A stretch of 63,884 nucleotides of DNA, counting the filler. It is 15 parts of 15 records of this genome, joined end to end, with 100 filler letters (N's around TTAATTAATTAA, not from the genome) between each part and the next. Parts side by side here need not be neighbours in the genome. Positions count along the whole stretch, not along the records: positions 21,064 to 27,612 come from SRR15195285_14240; positions 27,713 to 31,549 come from SRR15195285_14255; positions 31,650 to 36,037 come from SRR15195285_14262; positions 36,138 to 40,320 come from SRR15195285_14339; 11 more parts are not named here. One strand, written 5' to 3'. Position 1 is the stretch's first letter; every line of letters begins with the position of its first letter. Position numbers and translations under genes: made by a program. Shown here one piece after another: positions 24,001 through 36,430 of the stretch. The notes beneath the pieces were generated by a model, which worked only from the letters and a program-made list of their open reading frames with translations, did not search any database and was not told the DNA's origin.

Positions 24001-27000
24001 CTTCGGTGACCACTGCAGCAATTATTGCAACACGGAGACGACATGTGCTGGAAATGGCTACTGTTCCTCTACAGGAATCTGCGAATGCGACCACGATTTT
24101 TTCCCTCCAACTTGCTCTACCTATTGCAATGCAACTACGTTCTGCAACGACCATGGGAGCTGTGCGGATGGTACTCTACAGGCATGCATTTGCGACGAGC
24201 ACTACTATGGTCAGCACTGCGATATACATTGTGTTTCTTCGGCATTCTGTTCATGCAACATTCATGGCCGCTGTGACTGCGCACCGTCGTATTACGGTTC
24301 AACATGTGATCTGCATTGCGATCCGATGACGACGTGCACTGGGCATGGTACCTGCAGTCAGCGGCACGGCCGGTGCGAGTGTGATGCAGGATTCTATGGA
24401 GCGGATTGCTCCACGGAGTGTGTCGCGGACACTACATGTAGCTCACATGGAATATGCACAACCGATGGTGAATGTGACTGTGATGATGGATATTTTGGGC
24501 CTGCTTGCGCAACCATGTGTAGCTACCCAGCGAGCTGCGAGCACGGCAGCTGCAATGAATTCGGCACCTGCGTCTGTGATGAGGGATTTGATGGTCAATA
24601 CTGTAATCAGTGCGAAGAGAACCTCTATGGGCCGCTCTGTGACCAGTTCTGCATCAGGGAGACTATGTGCAATGACCACGGCAGCTGTGACGAGCACGGG
24701 GCTTGTGATTGCGATGATGGGTTCTACGGTCCAAGCTGTCAGCGGGAGTGCACTTCCATGGAGCAATGCAACGGTCATGGGCATTGCAATACACGCGGCC
24801 TTTGTGACTGTGCGCAGGGATTTTATGGCACTACATGCGCAGTGCACTGTGGGCCAAACACATGCGATGGCCACGGTGTCTGCTCTGATGATGGACAGTG
24901 TGACTGCGATGATGGCTATTATGGAGCGACATGCGAGCGGCTCTGCAGAGATTCCTCAACGTGCAGTGGCCATGGACACTGCAACAGAGCTGGGGAGTGT
25001 GTCTGTAGTGCAGGTTTTGCAGGCGCTCACTGCAATCAATGCCGCGCAGATCACTATGGGCCGTCTTGTGATCTTTACTGCCACAGCGCCACTATGTGCA
25101 ACAATCACGGTACATGCAGGGCAGATGCAACATGCGACTGCGATGCAGGATATTACGGAGAAGCTTGCAGTATCGAGTGCGACGACATCACGACGTGTTC
25201 TGGCAAAGGGCAATGTGACTCAAGTGGTAGATGCCGATGCGCGCCAAATTTCTATGGAGATGACTGCAGCATCTTCTGCTCAGCTAGCACCGGTTGTAAT
25301 GCACCTCACGGCAGCTGCAAAGCGAACGGGGCATGTGACTGCACTGGACATTTTGTTGGCTCAGAATGCGATGTCTGTGAAGAGCACTTCTATGGTCCAG
25401 ACTGTCAAACCTACTGTCGCGAACCCGCAGACAGCGGCATTCGCGGTCACAGTGGGTCGTGCAGTGGGCACGGTTTGTGCAATGATGAGGGCATCTGCGA
25501 GTGCGATGACCACTACAGCGGCGAGTTTTGCGATGTTTGTAGCAGTGAGTTTCATGGCCCGACGTGCGAGTTTCATTGCACTGACCAAGTCGTTGAGCGC
25601 GTGATTGGATACACGAGCTTCGAAGAGCCTGTTGTGGTTGGCGTGTCACCGGTGCCGACCTATGTGGACACACAAGGCTACGACACAGAAGGACATTTCT
25701 TAAGCAACAACGACCATCAGAACCCTGTTAGCTACGTCGCTGGATCAGTGACAGCAGGCGTGGGCTCAGGAGCAGGACAGCATATAGAGCTCGGTTTTAC
25801 ATCATTTTATTGCAGTTCATTGGGGACGAGCCGCAGCGACAGGCTATCAGTTGGTGCTCACATTGGCGTGATCGGTGACACGACGACTGCAATGAATGGC
25901 AACAGCGGCCAAGGCGGTATTGCTCCAGACGGGTCGCAATATTATGCCTTAGAAGAGACCGGCGGCTTCATCACTGTCTCAATGGACGTCGTCTCAGTCG
26001 TCGGCTATTCTGCTCTAGAAATGCGTGCCTACGTGCACGTGGAGTCGGCTCAATGGGGTTCTACCGATAGAGTCCGGGTTTGGGCTAGCGAGATGAGCAG
26101 ACGCAGCGGTGATGATCAGAGTGGCACTTGGTGTGGGCAGCAGGCATCGGCGTCAACAGATGAGATTGTGTTGCTTGATGGCAGCCCATCTCGGTTTGTA
26201 GACGGCGGTAGTGTTGGCACGTTTAACCTTGACATGTGGCAAGAGTATTCCGCTCCAATCAGGGACACTTCTTCTGAGGCGTTCGAGGTTGTTGCAATGA
26301 ACTTCGGGATGCGCTCAAACTCCCGCTTCGAACAGGCTTGGTTTGATTATTTCCGCATCATTAGTTCAAGCTCAACATGTGGTGGTCGTGGAAGATGTGG
26401 TGATGGCGACGAAGAAAGCTCAGAGTGCATATGCGACGATGGTTACTACGGAGCGCACTGCAGAATATTTTGTGACCCTGTCATCACCTGCAGTGGTCAC
26501 GGGACTTGCGACTCGAGCTTGACACCGCGGGCTGGCCAGTGCGATTGCCACGAGAACTACTACGGAGCAGGCTGTGAGACCTACTGCACTCGGGCAGAAG
26601 CCTGCGGAGGACGTGGGTCATGCAACCCTGCTGGCGGTTGTACATGCGATGATGGCTGGACAGGTTCTAGATGTGACCGCGACCACCGTAATGTGGACAT
26701 AAACCTAGCCGACAGCCAGACTGGTGCCTACCAGCCCGGCAGCGCTAACAGTTGGATGGTCTTTGACGTTGTTTTAGAAGTGAGCTTTCTGATAATTGGC
26801 TTAATCTTGACATTTGATGGCTATCGTTGCATACGGGTTACCATCTGCTCAGTTGGATTTGTCGTGGGTGGCATTGTTGGCGTACTCTTAGCATCGGAAA
26901 GTCTATATGATGCACACGATGGGATAAACATGTGGCATGGACTGAGGGTTCCCCACCCGGTCTATTTGATCGTCGCGGGACTCGTGCTGGGGTGCTTGTT

Positions 27001-27612
27001 TGGCGCTGTCCTATTGAATATGACAGCGCACCCCGCAACAATGTTTATAGTCGGGTTCGTGTGCGGCACATCGTTATGGGCGTTGGGGGCCGAAGCAACG
27101 CTGGGCCGACAGGACTGCGCGGAAATGTCGGCTTGCGATGAGCTTCAACTTCATGGCGCTTGGAATCGCACCGACGCTCTAGCCCACCTGGGTGAAGGGG
27201 CATCGGTGGCACAGTTCGGTGCTCGTTCATGGATTTTTACACTGGGTGGATGCTTGCTGAGCGTGGTCGTTGGTTTTTCTTTTCTAAATCCAGCACAGGG
27301 CTCACGCTATCATATCACTGGAGTCCGTAAACCAACGACTCTCATCGGGGTTGCATGCCTTGGAGCTGTCGCACTGTCAGGAAGCTTGCTCGTCCTCCTA
27401 GGCCGATGCATTGGGGGCGGTGAGGGGGGTGCGTGGGCGAGCATTGGCAGCCCATTACACGCTTGCTTGGCAGTGTTTCTTGCTGTAATCGGCGTGCTCG
27501 TCCAGTACTACTGGAAGGCCCAAGATTACACGATTCGTCGTGGCAGAATTGTACTTTGCCGATCTGAGGAGGAGAAGGAGGACGAGGGCGATTTTGGTGA
27601 CGAAGAGCAAGC
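21064..27612 (+). CDS. Giant EGF-like (tenascin/laminin-type) repeat membrane protein with C-terminal TM7S3/TMEM198-like (DUF4203) domain; both ends truncated
   Basis: One open frame of more than 2100 aa with dozens of C...TCSGHGxC....G.C.CDxG(F/Y)(Y/F)GxxC repeats and an N-terminal hydrophobic anchor. The C-terminal multi-TM region starts IGLILTFDGYRCIRVTICSVGFVVGG, resembling the DUF4203 GLxLxFxGYRLxKxxxFxxGF start. Confidence 0.85.
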
Positions 27613-27712
27613 NNNNNNNNNNNNNNNNNNNNNNNNNNNNNNNNNNNNNNNNNNNNTTAATTAATTAANNNNNNNNNNNNNNNNNNNNNNNNNNNNNNNN
27701 NNNNNNNNNNNN

Positions 27713-30700
27713 ACAGACAGACAGAGAGACAGAGAGACAGACCTACAGACCTGCAGACACAAGGTGGATAGGCACACCATAATAGTTCGATCTGCCAAGT
27801 GCTCCGAAGTACAACGGCCAGATTAAGAACCGTTCGTAGAAACGCTTGTCGAGCATCTTGTCCCATTCGCCTTGTCGGCCCATCGCAACAATCGTCGGTG
27901 TGGCGTCATAGAGCTCGCCTGCTGACTTCCGCATCCCAACTTGCACCTCCTTAACGAGCCCACCGTAGACTTGTCGAATGCCCTGTTGCAAAGCGAGATC
28001 GTCCAGTGGTGTCAGCAGGAAGAGAAGGACTCAGAACTGGCCGACACAAAAGATCAGAAGGAACGGACCCAGCCAAATGGCTTCTTAACGTATTTGTAGG
28101 CAACGAGACATGCCAAAGCCACTGGTGTTATCAGTGGCCTCGCGTAGAGCACAGCACACAAAGAAAACGCTGTCGAGCAAAGCATGTGTGGTAGCCTTGA
28201 GTAGCGCCCGAAGAGCTGCTTTGGATCTTTCGTGACCACGTCCTCCAGCTGCGCCGTGCTGTGGTCGGGAGACCACAAATACGGCATCCCGAGAACTCCA
28301 AGCTTCTCGCTCATGTCCAGGCGGATCGATTTAGATGCCTTCTCCCCACCTGTGCCATCTGTCATGCCTTGCAGCAGCCGTGTGACTTGCTCGCCAACAA
28401 CGGCTGCGATTGCGATCAGGTAATTTTTCCGGAACCCTAACTTGAACGTATCATTCGCCCAGTGTTCGTACCATGCATAGAGCGCAAGGCCAGATGCTTG
28501 CGTTGCTATCATCAATCCAGAAGAGACGACAATCCAAGGTCCCATACGCGTCAAATAGCCGACAACTGCGCCGGGGATGCTGACTTGAGCTTTCGCAGGC
28601 GGCGGTTTTGTCTGATCTTTAAGCTTTTCTTTGGTCGTTGTGGTGGCAGCGGTGGGTGTTTCCTTCACTGACTTTTGCTCTGACGCTTCTGCCTCCACCT
28701 CGGTCTTCTGCTCCTCAGACGTTGTGGATGTCTCATCACCAAGAATCTTCTCGGAAGGTTTGAAAGCCGTACCTCCTGCCTCAGCCAGCAGCTGCGTCTT
28801 GCCTTCACAGTCTGCTCCAGCTCGTGGCGAGATGGAGTAACCGTCTCCAAGCCTCGCCTCGACGCACTCTGGTAGCTCTGACGGTGGGCCGTTGTAGGTG
28901 ATGCGACCAGGTGTTATGTCACCCTCGCCCTCATTCTCGACGATGATGAGGCGATCGACTGCCTGATCGCTAGCGAATCTCATGAGCATTTGAGAGTTGA
29001 CCACCAGCACGCGCGTCTTTCCAGCCATCGTCGCCTTGATCCCTTCCCAACACTTCGCGGCAGTGTTTGGATCTAGCGCTTTGAGTGGGTCGTCGAGAAT
29101 ACCTGAGAAGCGACAAAGAATGTCCCCCAGCGTTAAACAGAAATCACGTTAGAGAATGGCTGATTGGTGTGGTGATAGAGTCCAGCGCACTCATTACGAT
29201 ATGCAGAGCTGCAGGCTGTCCGCGGGGACGGAGCAGACAGAAACTAAGTCACATGCAGAAGGAGATAAGTAGTTTCAGGGAGCGTACAGCATTCGGAGCC
29301 GGCCAACGAGGCGTAAATGCATCGAGCCAACGCAACGCGAGCTTGCTGTCCACCAGAAAGCTCGCTCCCTTTCTGTCCTGCAGAGGTCAGTTCACGCTTC
29401 GCATGCAGGGTCGACTCGGGGTCATCCATGTCGAGGCAGAGGGTGCTGGCTTCAAGACTCTGCTGTATCCAGCTTTCTTCCGCATCCTCCTCGGCAATGC
29501 CAAATAGCACATTGCTCCTGATAGTCTGATCCAATATGATTGGTGATTGGGGCTGAAAGGCGACGCTCTGTGGTACTTTAAGCTCACCCGCCAGCTGCTC
29601 CGTGTTACCGACGAGGGATTGTAGGAGTGTCGACTTTCCTGACGCAACCGGTCCACTGATCAGCACCAACTCCCCGTGCTTGATATGCAGGTCCACGTCG
29701 GCAATGCTGGCCAACGGCGCTGGCCACCTAGAGATGTCTGGCTCCGGAACCTTTTTGAGAGCCGAGAGCTCGACTGTTCCTTTTGTCTTTTTATTCTCTG
29801 TCTCGACCAGTACTGAGTCTTTGCCTTCCTGTTGACACGACAGGACGATCTCGCCAATCTGCAACAGGGCATCCTCTTGCTGCCCCTCGTCCTGCTTGCA
29901 GACTGTGTCCTTCGTGGTCACTTCATAGGATGTTGGGGGCTTCAGCGGCCAGCCGAATGTCGCCTTCGTCAATCGGATTGAGCTATCTGCAGTGCGCTCG
30001 AGCGGCACCGAATCGGGGAGCTCGAGAATGTCGTCGATGTTTTTGCACTCCACGCACAAATCTTTCCACTGTTGCCGGCAGACTGTGATGGACACCATGC
30101 TCCAGGTAATGATGCTGATGTAGGATCCTGCGGTCAGTAGCTTCACCAGCTCGACACTGCCTCCCCTCAGCACGTTGACCCCCACTGAGATCAGCACCGC
30201 GCTTGGGCCGATCATTGCTGGTAGTCCCCCACTTCCCCACCCGCCTGCTAGTTGCTCCCAAAATACCGTCCAACGACCCTGCCGCTCGAGCTCGTCAGTG
30301 AGCTTGTTGAGCTTTGCGAGGAAGAAGTGCGACCAACCGTAGAACTTCCAGATCGGTAAATTAGCCGCCAAGTCATGATATATCGCCTCTTGCTTCTTGG
30401 AAAGCTCCCTAAGCTTGGCCTGAGCGATAGACTTTTGCGTGGTTAAGCGCGCAGTGAGAGCGGTCACTGCAAGATTGGCCAAGATACTGACAACGATGGC
30501 GGCCAGCCCATAGAGGCGGTAGAGGAAGAAGTAGCCCAGGGGCAAGGAGGCGATATCGAGGATGATCCGTGTCTGCCCTGGAGTGGAAAGTGTGGCGGTG
30601 AAGGTCTCCATTTTGGTGAAGACCGTCTGCACCTCGGCTGCACTGACCGCACATCGTGCACGAGGGCTCAGCGTTTGTAGTTTCTGCAGAATCATGCTCT

Positions 30701-31310
30701 GGCAGCCAATAATCGCGGGCTGAGTTCCTTGGTTGGTTGCGGAGAAGAGGTACTGGGTCATAGCCATCTTCGTGCAGATCATGTTCAGCGCTGACAGCAA
30801 CATCAGCTTGTAACCGATCGAAATTGGACGCTGGGGGTCCTGTAGAAAGTCCAGGAGATGCTTGACCAGCAGGGGCGGCATGAACTGGCAGAACTTGCGT
30901 GGAAGCTGGAGTACGTGTGTGTAGGTCCACCAAGGCATCATCAGCCGGCAGATGGCGGCAGAGGCGGAGCGGCGACGCTCCCACTGGTCCCTGAAGCTCG
31001 CGGTGATACCGGAGACTTGCGTGGGCCCGCTTCTGCCGCCCGGTGGTGCGGCCGTCTCCTTGGGTAAGTCCGCGAGCTTCATCTTCGGCCCGCCCACGGG
31101 GTGGCGCTTTATCCAGGGAAGAATGAACGAGAAGGAGAACATCGCCGGAACAGAAGTCTTGTTGCCCGTGAGTGGGTTGCGGTAGCAGCTCCAGCCGACC
31201 GCCGTGACCCAGCAGATTCCGAAGCTCGCGCCGGCGATGTACAAGTCCAGCTGGTTGGCCTGGCGCACCCACCTCAGCAACCAGCCGAGGCGACGCACGA
31301 CGTCCGACAT
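27713..31310 (-). CDS. ABC transporter, subfamily C (TMD1-NBD1-TMD2, 3' truncated); introns 29103-29287 and 27983-28068
   Basis: Walker A GPVASGKST, Q-loop AFQPQSP, signature LSGGQQARVALAR and Walker B reconstructed across the intron (ECCILDDPLKALD). TM domains lie on both sides. Confidence 0.9.
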
Positions 31311-31925
31311 GGCCGCAGCAGTGGTACTAGTACTATACGTGCCAGTGTGACCCTGTGCAGGTGGTCAGCACGCAGCCAGCAACATGCGCCATCTCGCGCA
31401 CGTGAACGCGCGCATGGTCGCGCGCACGCGCTAGCGGCGCGTGCATGCAGGAGCCGGTCGCGTGCTCCGTGCTGATCTCATGCATCGTGTATTCAGGCGA
31501 AAGGTAGACATTTCGAATTACTGAAAATGAGAGTTCATTCGTGGAGAACNNNNNNNNNNNNNNNNNNNNNNNNNNNNNNNNNNNNNNNNNNNNTTAATTA
31601 ATTAANNNNNNNNNNNNNNNNNNNNNNNNNNNNNNNNNNNNNNNNNNNNACTGATTAGACTGTACGAGAATGTACCATATAGCAGCATCACCTGCACGGG
31701 GCCGCGGAGCGCGACCTTACGTACCATATTTATGATATAGTACCGGAAAGAATGCCTGTGGTAGATCCAGGTGCGAACCGCGCGCGCGCGCACAGCGCGG
31801 ATCGGCGATGGTTACGTAGCGTACCGCGCGGTAGCCTGACGGGGACGGACTTGCTCTGCGGCAAAGACAAGAAGACACTGCCGGACCGCCCTGCGTCGTA
31901 CCCCTAACTTGCCAGCGTCCTTTGG

Positions 31926-33194
31926 ATGGCTAGATCTACTACCATACTACAGGCATGGCCGCTTCTGCTCTGTGCCACGACAGCAGGGGGTTCATCAATA
32001 GCCACAGTCGATCCAGCTGGCGGCAGCCACAATGACCTTCCGACGACGCTAGTTCAGGTGGGGCTGGGCTCCGTGCCCAGGCGGTCCCGCACTGGCCCAC
32101 GTGCTGACTGGTCTCATGTGCCGATTATGTACTTCTCCGGCGTTCGCTGCAATCGGTCCGATGAGGAAATTGCTGCGATGGCACGATTCGATGTGGTCGC
32201 TGTGAACAAGATGGAAGGCGTGTCCGAGGTCAACTCTACCGGCGGCCAGGAGCAGCGCCAGATCGAAACCCTTCGTCGCGTCAAAGCACTGAAGCCATCG
32301 GTGTTCACGATCGCATACATGAACAGCATGATGAATTTCGACTCGCAGTCGATTGCGCCTGAGTTCACGGACGATCTGCTTGTGCGGAACGCCTCGGGTG
32401 ACGTCGCTTTGTTTCATGGTGATGGTTGGCGAGCCACCGATGGTCCAACCGTAAACGTTCAAACAGCGTTCAACCTGTCTGTCCCAGCCGCCAGGCAGAT
32501 CTGGTTAGACGACTTGCAACACACGTTCCTGGACTCTGGGGTCGTGGACGGCATCTTTGCAGACAAGGGAAACAACTGGGCTGGCAACGGTCACTGCAAC
32601 GGGCCCCGGACCGACTCTTGCTGGCAGATGGTAAATAGGAATGACACGCTCTGTCAGAACACCTGCGTGGCGATTGACGAGGAGCAGGCGGCCGCCTACA
32701 ACCGAGGCAAGATTGCTCTTTTCGAAGCAGCAGAGACTACACTTCGTGCGCGCGGTGGCCTTCTTGCGCTAAAAAATGACACCGACCCGCTGTATAGCGC
32801 GAGGGCGCAGTACAAGCGCATAGTACGACCGACCAGAGAGAGCGTGGAAGAGTTCATTGCCCTGGAGGGTCAACTCGACACGGTCATTGCATGGGCCCTT
32901 CCTGGCAACTCGCCCAAATCTCACAACCAAACTAACTGGCACAACACCATCGCTGCGTTTCTAATCGCGGTATGGGACGGTATGTTCCTGATGGCGTCGC
33001 CCTGCTGCGGGACCAACGCGACCGCTGCTTGGACGGACGAGTACTCACGCCCTCTAGGTCCACCCCTCGCGAAAGCAACGCTGCTGCCCAATGGTACATT
33101 CTACCGAGAGTTCGCAAGTGGAACAAAAGTATATTTCGACACGCTCATCGGCGAGGGTACAATCGCATGGGCGAGCACACAAATTCGCAAATGA
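31926..33194 (+). CDS. Secreted putative glycoside hydrolase (hypothetical GHL15-like family)
   Basis: Signal peptide, ARFDVVAVNK, LRRVKALKPSVFTIAYMN, VDGIFAD, AAFLI and C-terminal EYSRPLGPPL...FYREFASGTKVYFD. Intronless. Confidence 0.65.
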   Translation: MARSTTILQAWPLLLCATTAGGSSIATVDPAGGSHNDLPTTLVQVGLGSVPRRSRTGPRADWSHVPIMYFSGVRCNRSDEEIAAMARFDVVAVNKMEGVSEVNSTGGQEQRQIETLRRVKALKPSVFTIAYMNSMMNFDSQSIAPEFTDDLLVRNASGDVALFHGDGWRATDGPTVNVQTAFNLSVPAARQIWLDDLQHTFLDSGVVDGIFADKGNNWAGNGHCNGPRTDSCWQMVNRNDTLCQNTCVAIDEEQAAAYNRGKIALFEAAETTLRARGGLLALKNDTDPLYSARAQYKRIVRPTRESVEEFIALEGQLDTVIAWALPGNSPKSHNQTNWHNTIAAFLIAVWDGMFLMASPCCGTNATAAWTDEYSRPLGPPLAKATLLPNGTFYREFASGTKVYFDTLIGEGTIAWASTQIRK

Positions 33195-33325
33195 ATGAAT
33201 CAAAATAATGTATGTCGGTACCGAAGGTATACAGCATCGGAGTACAGGCGATTCGTACTCCATCGCTGATGTAAAAGTCAGGTCTAGTCGCCCATCGTCG
33301 TCCGTTTCCCGAGGTGAAGTCAGGC

Positions 33326-35807
33326 CTAATAACCCATCGTCGTCTGTTTGGGCAACCATCCCTGACACTGTTGCCATTTCGAGCGGGTCGATTGCCCCGC
33401 CTCGTAGCCTTCGGCCTGGATGCCACGCTGCAGCAACCGACACCGATGTTTCACTAGTCGTGCGATGACGTCGTGAGTGTTGTAGCTAATGCTGGAGAGG
33501 TCGATGCCACGAGCAGCAATGTTGGCATTGCTGGTCCACATGCGCTCCGCCAGGGCGGCCATCCGAAACCACAGCAGCTCTGCAACGGCACATCGACGTC
33601 ACAGGATGGCTTTTGTCCGATCCTGTGAACACAACGAGAGAATGCGACTTACGATCTATATTGTAGTTGTCGGTGGCCTCGCCCCAGGCACACGCCTCCA
33701 CTCCTAGGAACAGATGGTGTTGCTCCTCGGGCAAATTCCAAAGACAGTTGGACGTTGAATTCGCGTCCCAGCATGCGGGATCCCGTGAGTACACCTGGCC
33801 ATACATAAACGATATCGCGACGTTATATTATAGCAAGGCCGTCAACAGCAAGTACTAGTATTGGAACTATTGCATGCTTGTCTGACGTCTTCCCAAACAG
33901 CCTGTCCTCCTTTGATAGTATGTGGAGCAAAATAATACCCCATCGAGACAACCGCTTTTCGCCCGCTTCTTAACGTGTGACCAATCTCAGCGGAACCCCA
34001 GAAGTGATCGACCGAGGAGACCGGCAACTGACCTGCAGCAGCCGACCAAGAGACAGGCGAACACTCTTGTGTCAGATCAGACAGACGAAATGCACCAGCA
34101 CGCCAAACCACAACACGACAGAGTATGTGTTGTGGGATTGACAAACCCACAGAGAAGCTGCCACCAGCAAACAAATGATAGTCTCAATGACAAAGTGCAT
34201 ACCACGGCCTGGGTTTGTACCATTTGCCGAGTAATTTAGAGCGGCGCTAAGCGAAGGCCCCCAAGCCTGACCAGTGCGATTATGCTTGGCCGCAAGCTGG
34301 TACGCCTTCAGCATGTGCCTAGGGTAGAGTTCTTCCAGGGTGATGTCTGGGTGCTGCTTAAGCCATTTACGCACTCTCTCACTCGAGTTCCAGCAGGCGG
34401 TCCCTACTTCGTCACCACCAAGGTGTATCACATTGTCTGGAAACCGCGAGAAAATCTCAGCGAGGAGCTGCTCGTAGAATGTATACGCTGCCGGATCGGT
34501 GACGTCCAGATATGCGCGCTTGAACTTAGCCTCCCCGGGATCAGAGCATTCGACAAAAGCGCCTGGTGGTGCACCGAGGGCCCAGATATCGGCATGACCT
34601 GGAAGGTCCAATTCTAGGACGATACGTATGCCACGAAGACGTGCAAATTCTACGATCTCCTTCTGCTCGTGAACGGTGTATGTCATCCTATGTGCGTGTG
34701 CAGGCCCCGAAAGAACAAGTAAGCAAACAGGAGCGGCCAGCATCAGTGTACTAGTTTGACAGGGTATGAGCGCCCTCATACCGGTAGGCCCCCATGGAGT
34801 ACGATCCAGCTTGAGCCAGCTTCGGAAAAGTCTCGAGTTCAAGTGGAAATGCGTCCTACGATGTGCAGCAGCAGCAGCAGCAGCAGGATTAGTACAGGAT
34901 AGCATGCATGCTTGAGATCGAGCGCAACATACACTGTCGACCGCGTGCCAGTGAATTGTGTTGAATTTCGTAGCCGCAGCTGCCTCGATTTGCCGCTTGA
35001 TTGCATCGACTGGCAAAAAGTGCCGTGCGCTGGCATCGTGAATCAGCAGCGTGCACCGATTAGAAACGCTCGCAATCTAATGCGCGCCTGACTAGCAACA
35101 AAAGCGCAACAGACTACAACCATGTACGCACGTGTCGATTAGCAACCCACGATGAGCAAGCTGCGGTGCGTCCACAATGCTCCAGGGACCCCAGCGCACC
35201 AGGTAGGTGCCTGCGTGTGGCTCGTACTCGATCATCTGCGCGAGTGTCTCCAGCCCACGGAGGGCACCCCACACTGCTTTGGCGCGCAGTGTCACAGTGC
35301 CATTGGACGGGATGTCCAGCGAATAGCTCTCGTTCATCCCAAGCTGTGGCGCAGACTCCTCTGTGTCTTCAACCTCGATGACCAAACGCACGATCCCCTG
35401 CTCCGTAGTGGAGCTCCCTGGCCACGCGAAGGCCGTTGCGCTGAAGCGTTCGGCAGCGACCGACAGAATAGGGGACGTGCAGTTGATCGCAATCGCGAGT
35501 GCAGGATCGACGGAGATCACGCTGCTACCGTTCGTCACCTTGCCATTCGGCGCCGGAATGAACGTGGCGTAGGCGTCCAGGTCCCACCTGCTCCGGCGAA
35601 TAGTCGTGTAGCCTGGAGCTGCGGCGCCGCAAACAATGCAGAGTCGGTTTCAGTACATACAATTTTCACTCACCCATCGGGCGTCGCAGGCATCGCCATG
35701 GCGCAGCTGCAGGTGAACCAGGCGCAGGCCCAAGCAGCAGCTGCAGTGCAAGTGCAGGTGCCCCGGATCGCCAGCCGAGTGGCGGCCTGTACATCGTGGC
35801 GTGCCAT
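33326..35807 (-). CDS. Beta-hexosaminidase (GH20), multi-exon
   Basis: NESYSLDI, VWGALRGLETLAQ, DAPQLAHRGLLIDT|ARHF, FNTIHWH.VD, RGIRIVLELDLPGH, catalytic HLGGDEV, GVEACAWGE and ALAERMWT, spread over several minus-strand ORFs separated by GT-AG introns. Confidence 0.9.
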
Positions 35808-36430
35808 TTTGCTCGGCGACCTTCTATATCCGTCCGTCGGTCGGTCGGTCGCGCGTTCCGTCGCGCGATCGCTCGCGTCGCCCTCGCGCGCGCGCGGGGC
35901 GACCACAATGCGATATCCGGGTCGCGGGGTCGGGGTGACAATGATCGTATAGCTGCCACGGTGTTGCAAACAGCAATGGTGTGGATAGGTATAAGCAGGC
36001 AGCGGAATAGAATGATCTGAGTGCTCATACTTAGGTANNNNNNNNNNNNNNNNNNNNNNNNNNNNNNNNNNNNNNNNNNNNTTAATTAATTAANNNNNNN
36101 NNNNNNNNNNNNNNNNNNNNNNNNNNNNNNNNNNNNNAGACCAAATCTGATTCCCCTGATTCGATGAGGTTGACCCGGATCTCAGAAATTGCGCTACTAG
36201 CTAGTAGAATCCCGCCGCGCGCCCCCCGGGCCACAAGCGCCGGCGCGCCTGCGCCATGCCAGGGCATGCGTGCGTGCATACAGCTGTACTGTATACTAGT
36301 ATGCTGATATGCATATATGCTTATATGGGGCGCGGACGACGCGCGCGCCGGTGCCAGTAGGGGTCTCCTGCGGGGACCCCTGCGTGCCGGCGGCGCCGGT
36401 CAGTGCAGTGTCTGCTACGTTGTGGTGACG

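Noticed and set aside
21008-25673. Long overlapping alternative-frame and antisense ORFs over the EGF array (and similar ones elsewhere)
   Set aside because: Shadows of GC-rich, Cys-codon-rich coding sequence with no recognisable motifs.
25589-26368. Inserted domain as an intein
   Set aside because: It lacks an N-terminal Cys/Ser and a C-terminal His-Asn, and has no Hint or LAGLIDADG motifs.
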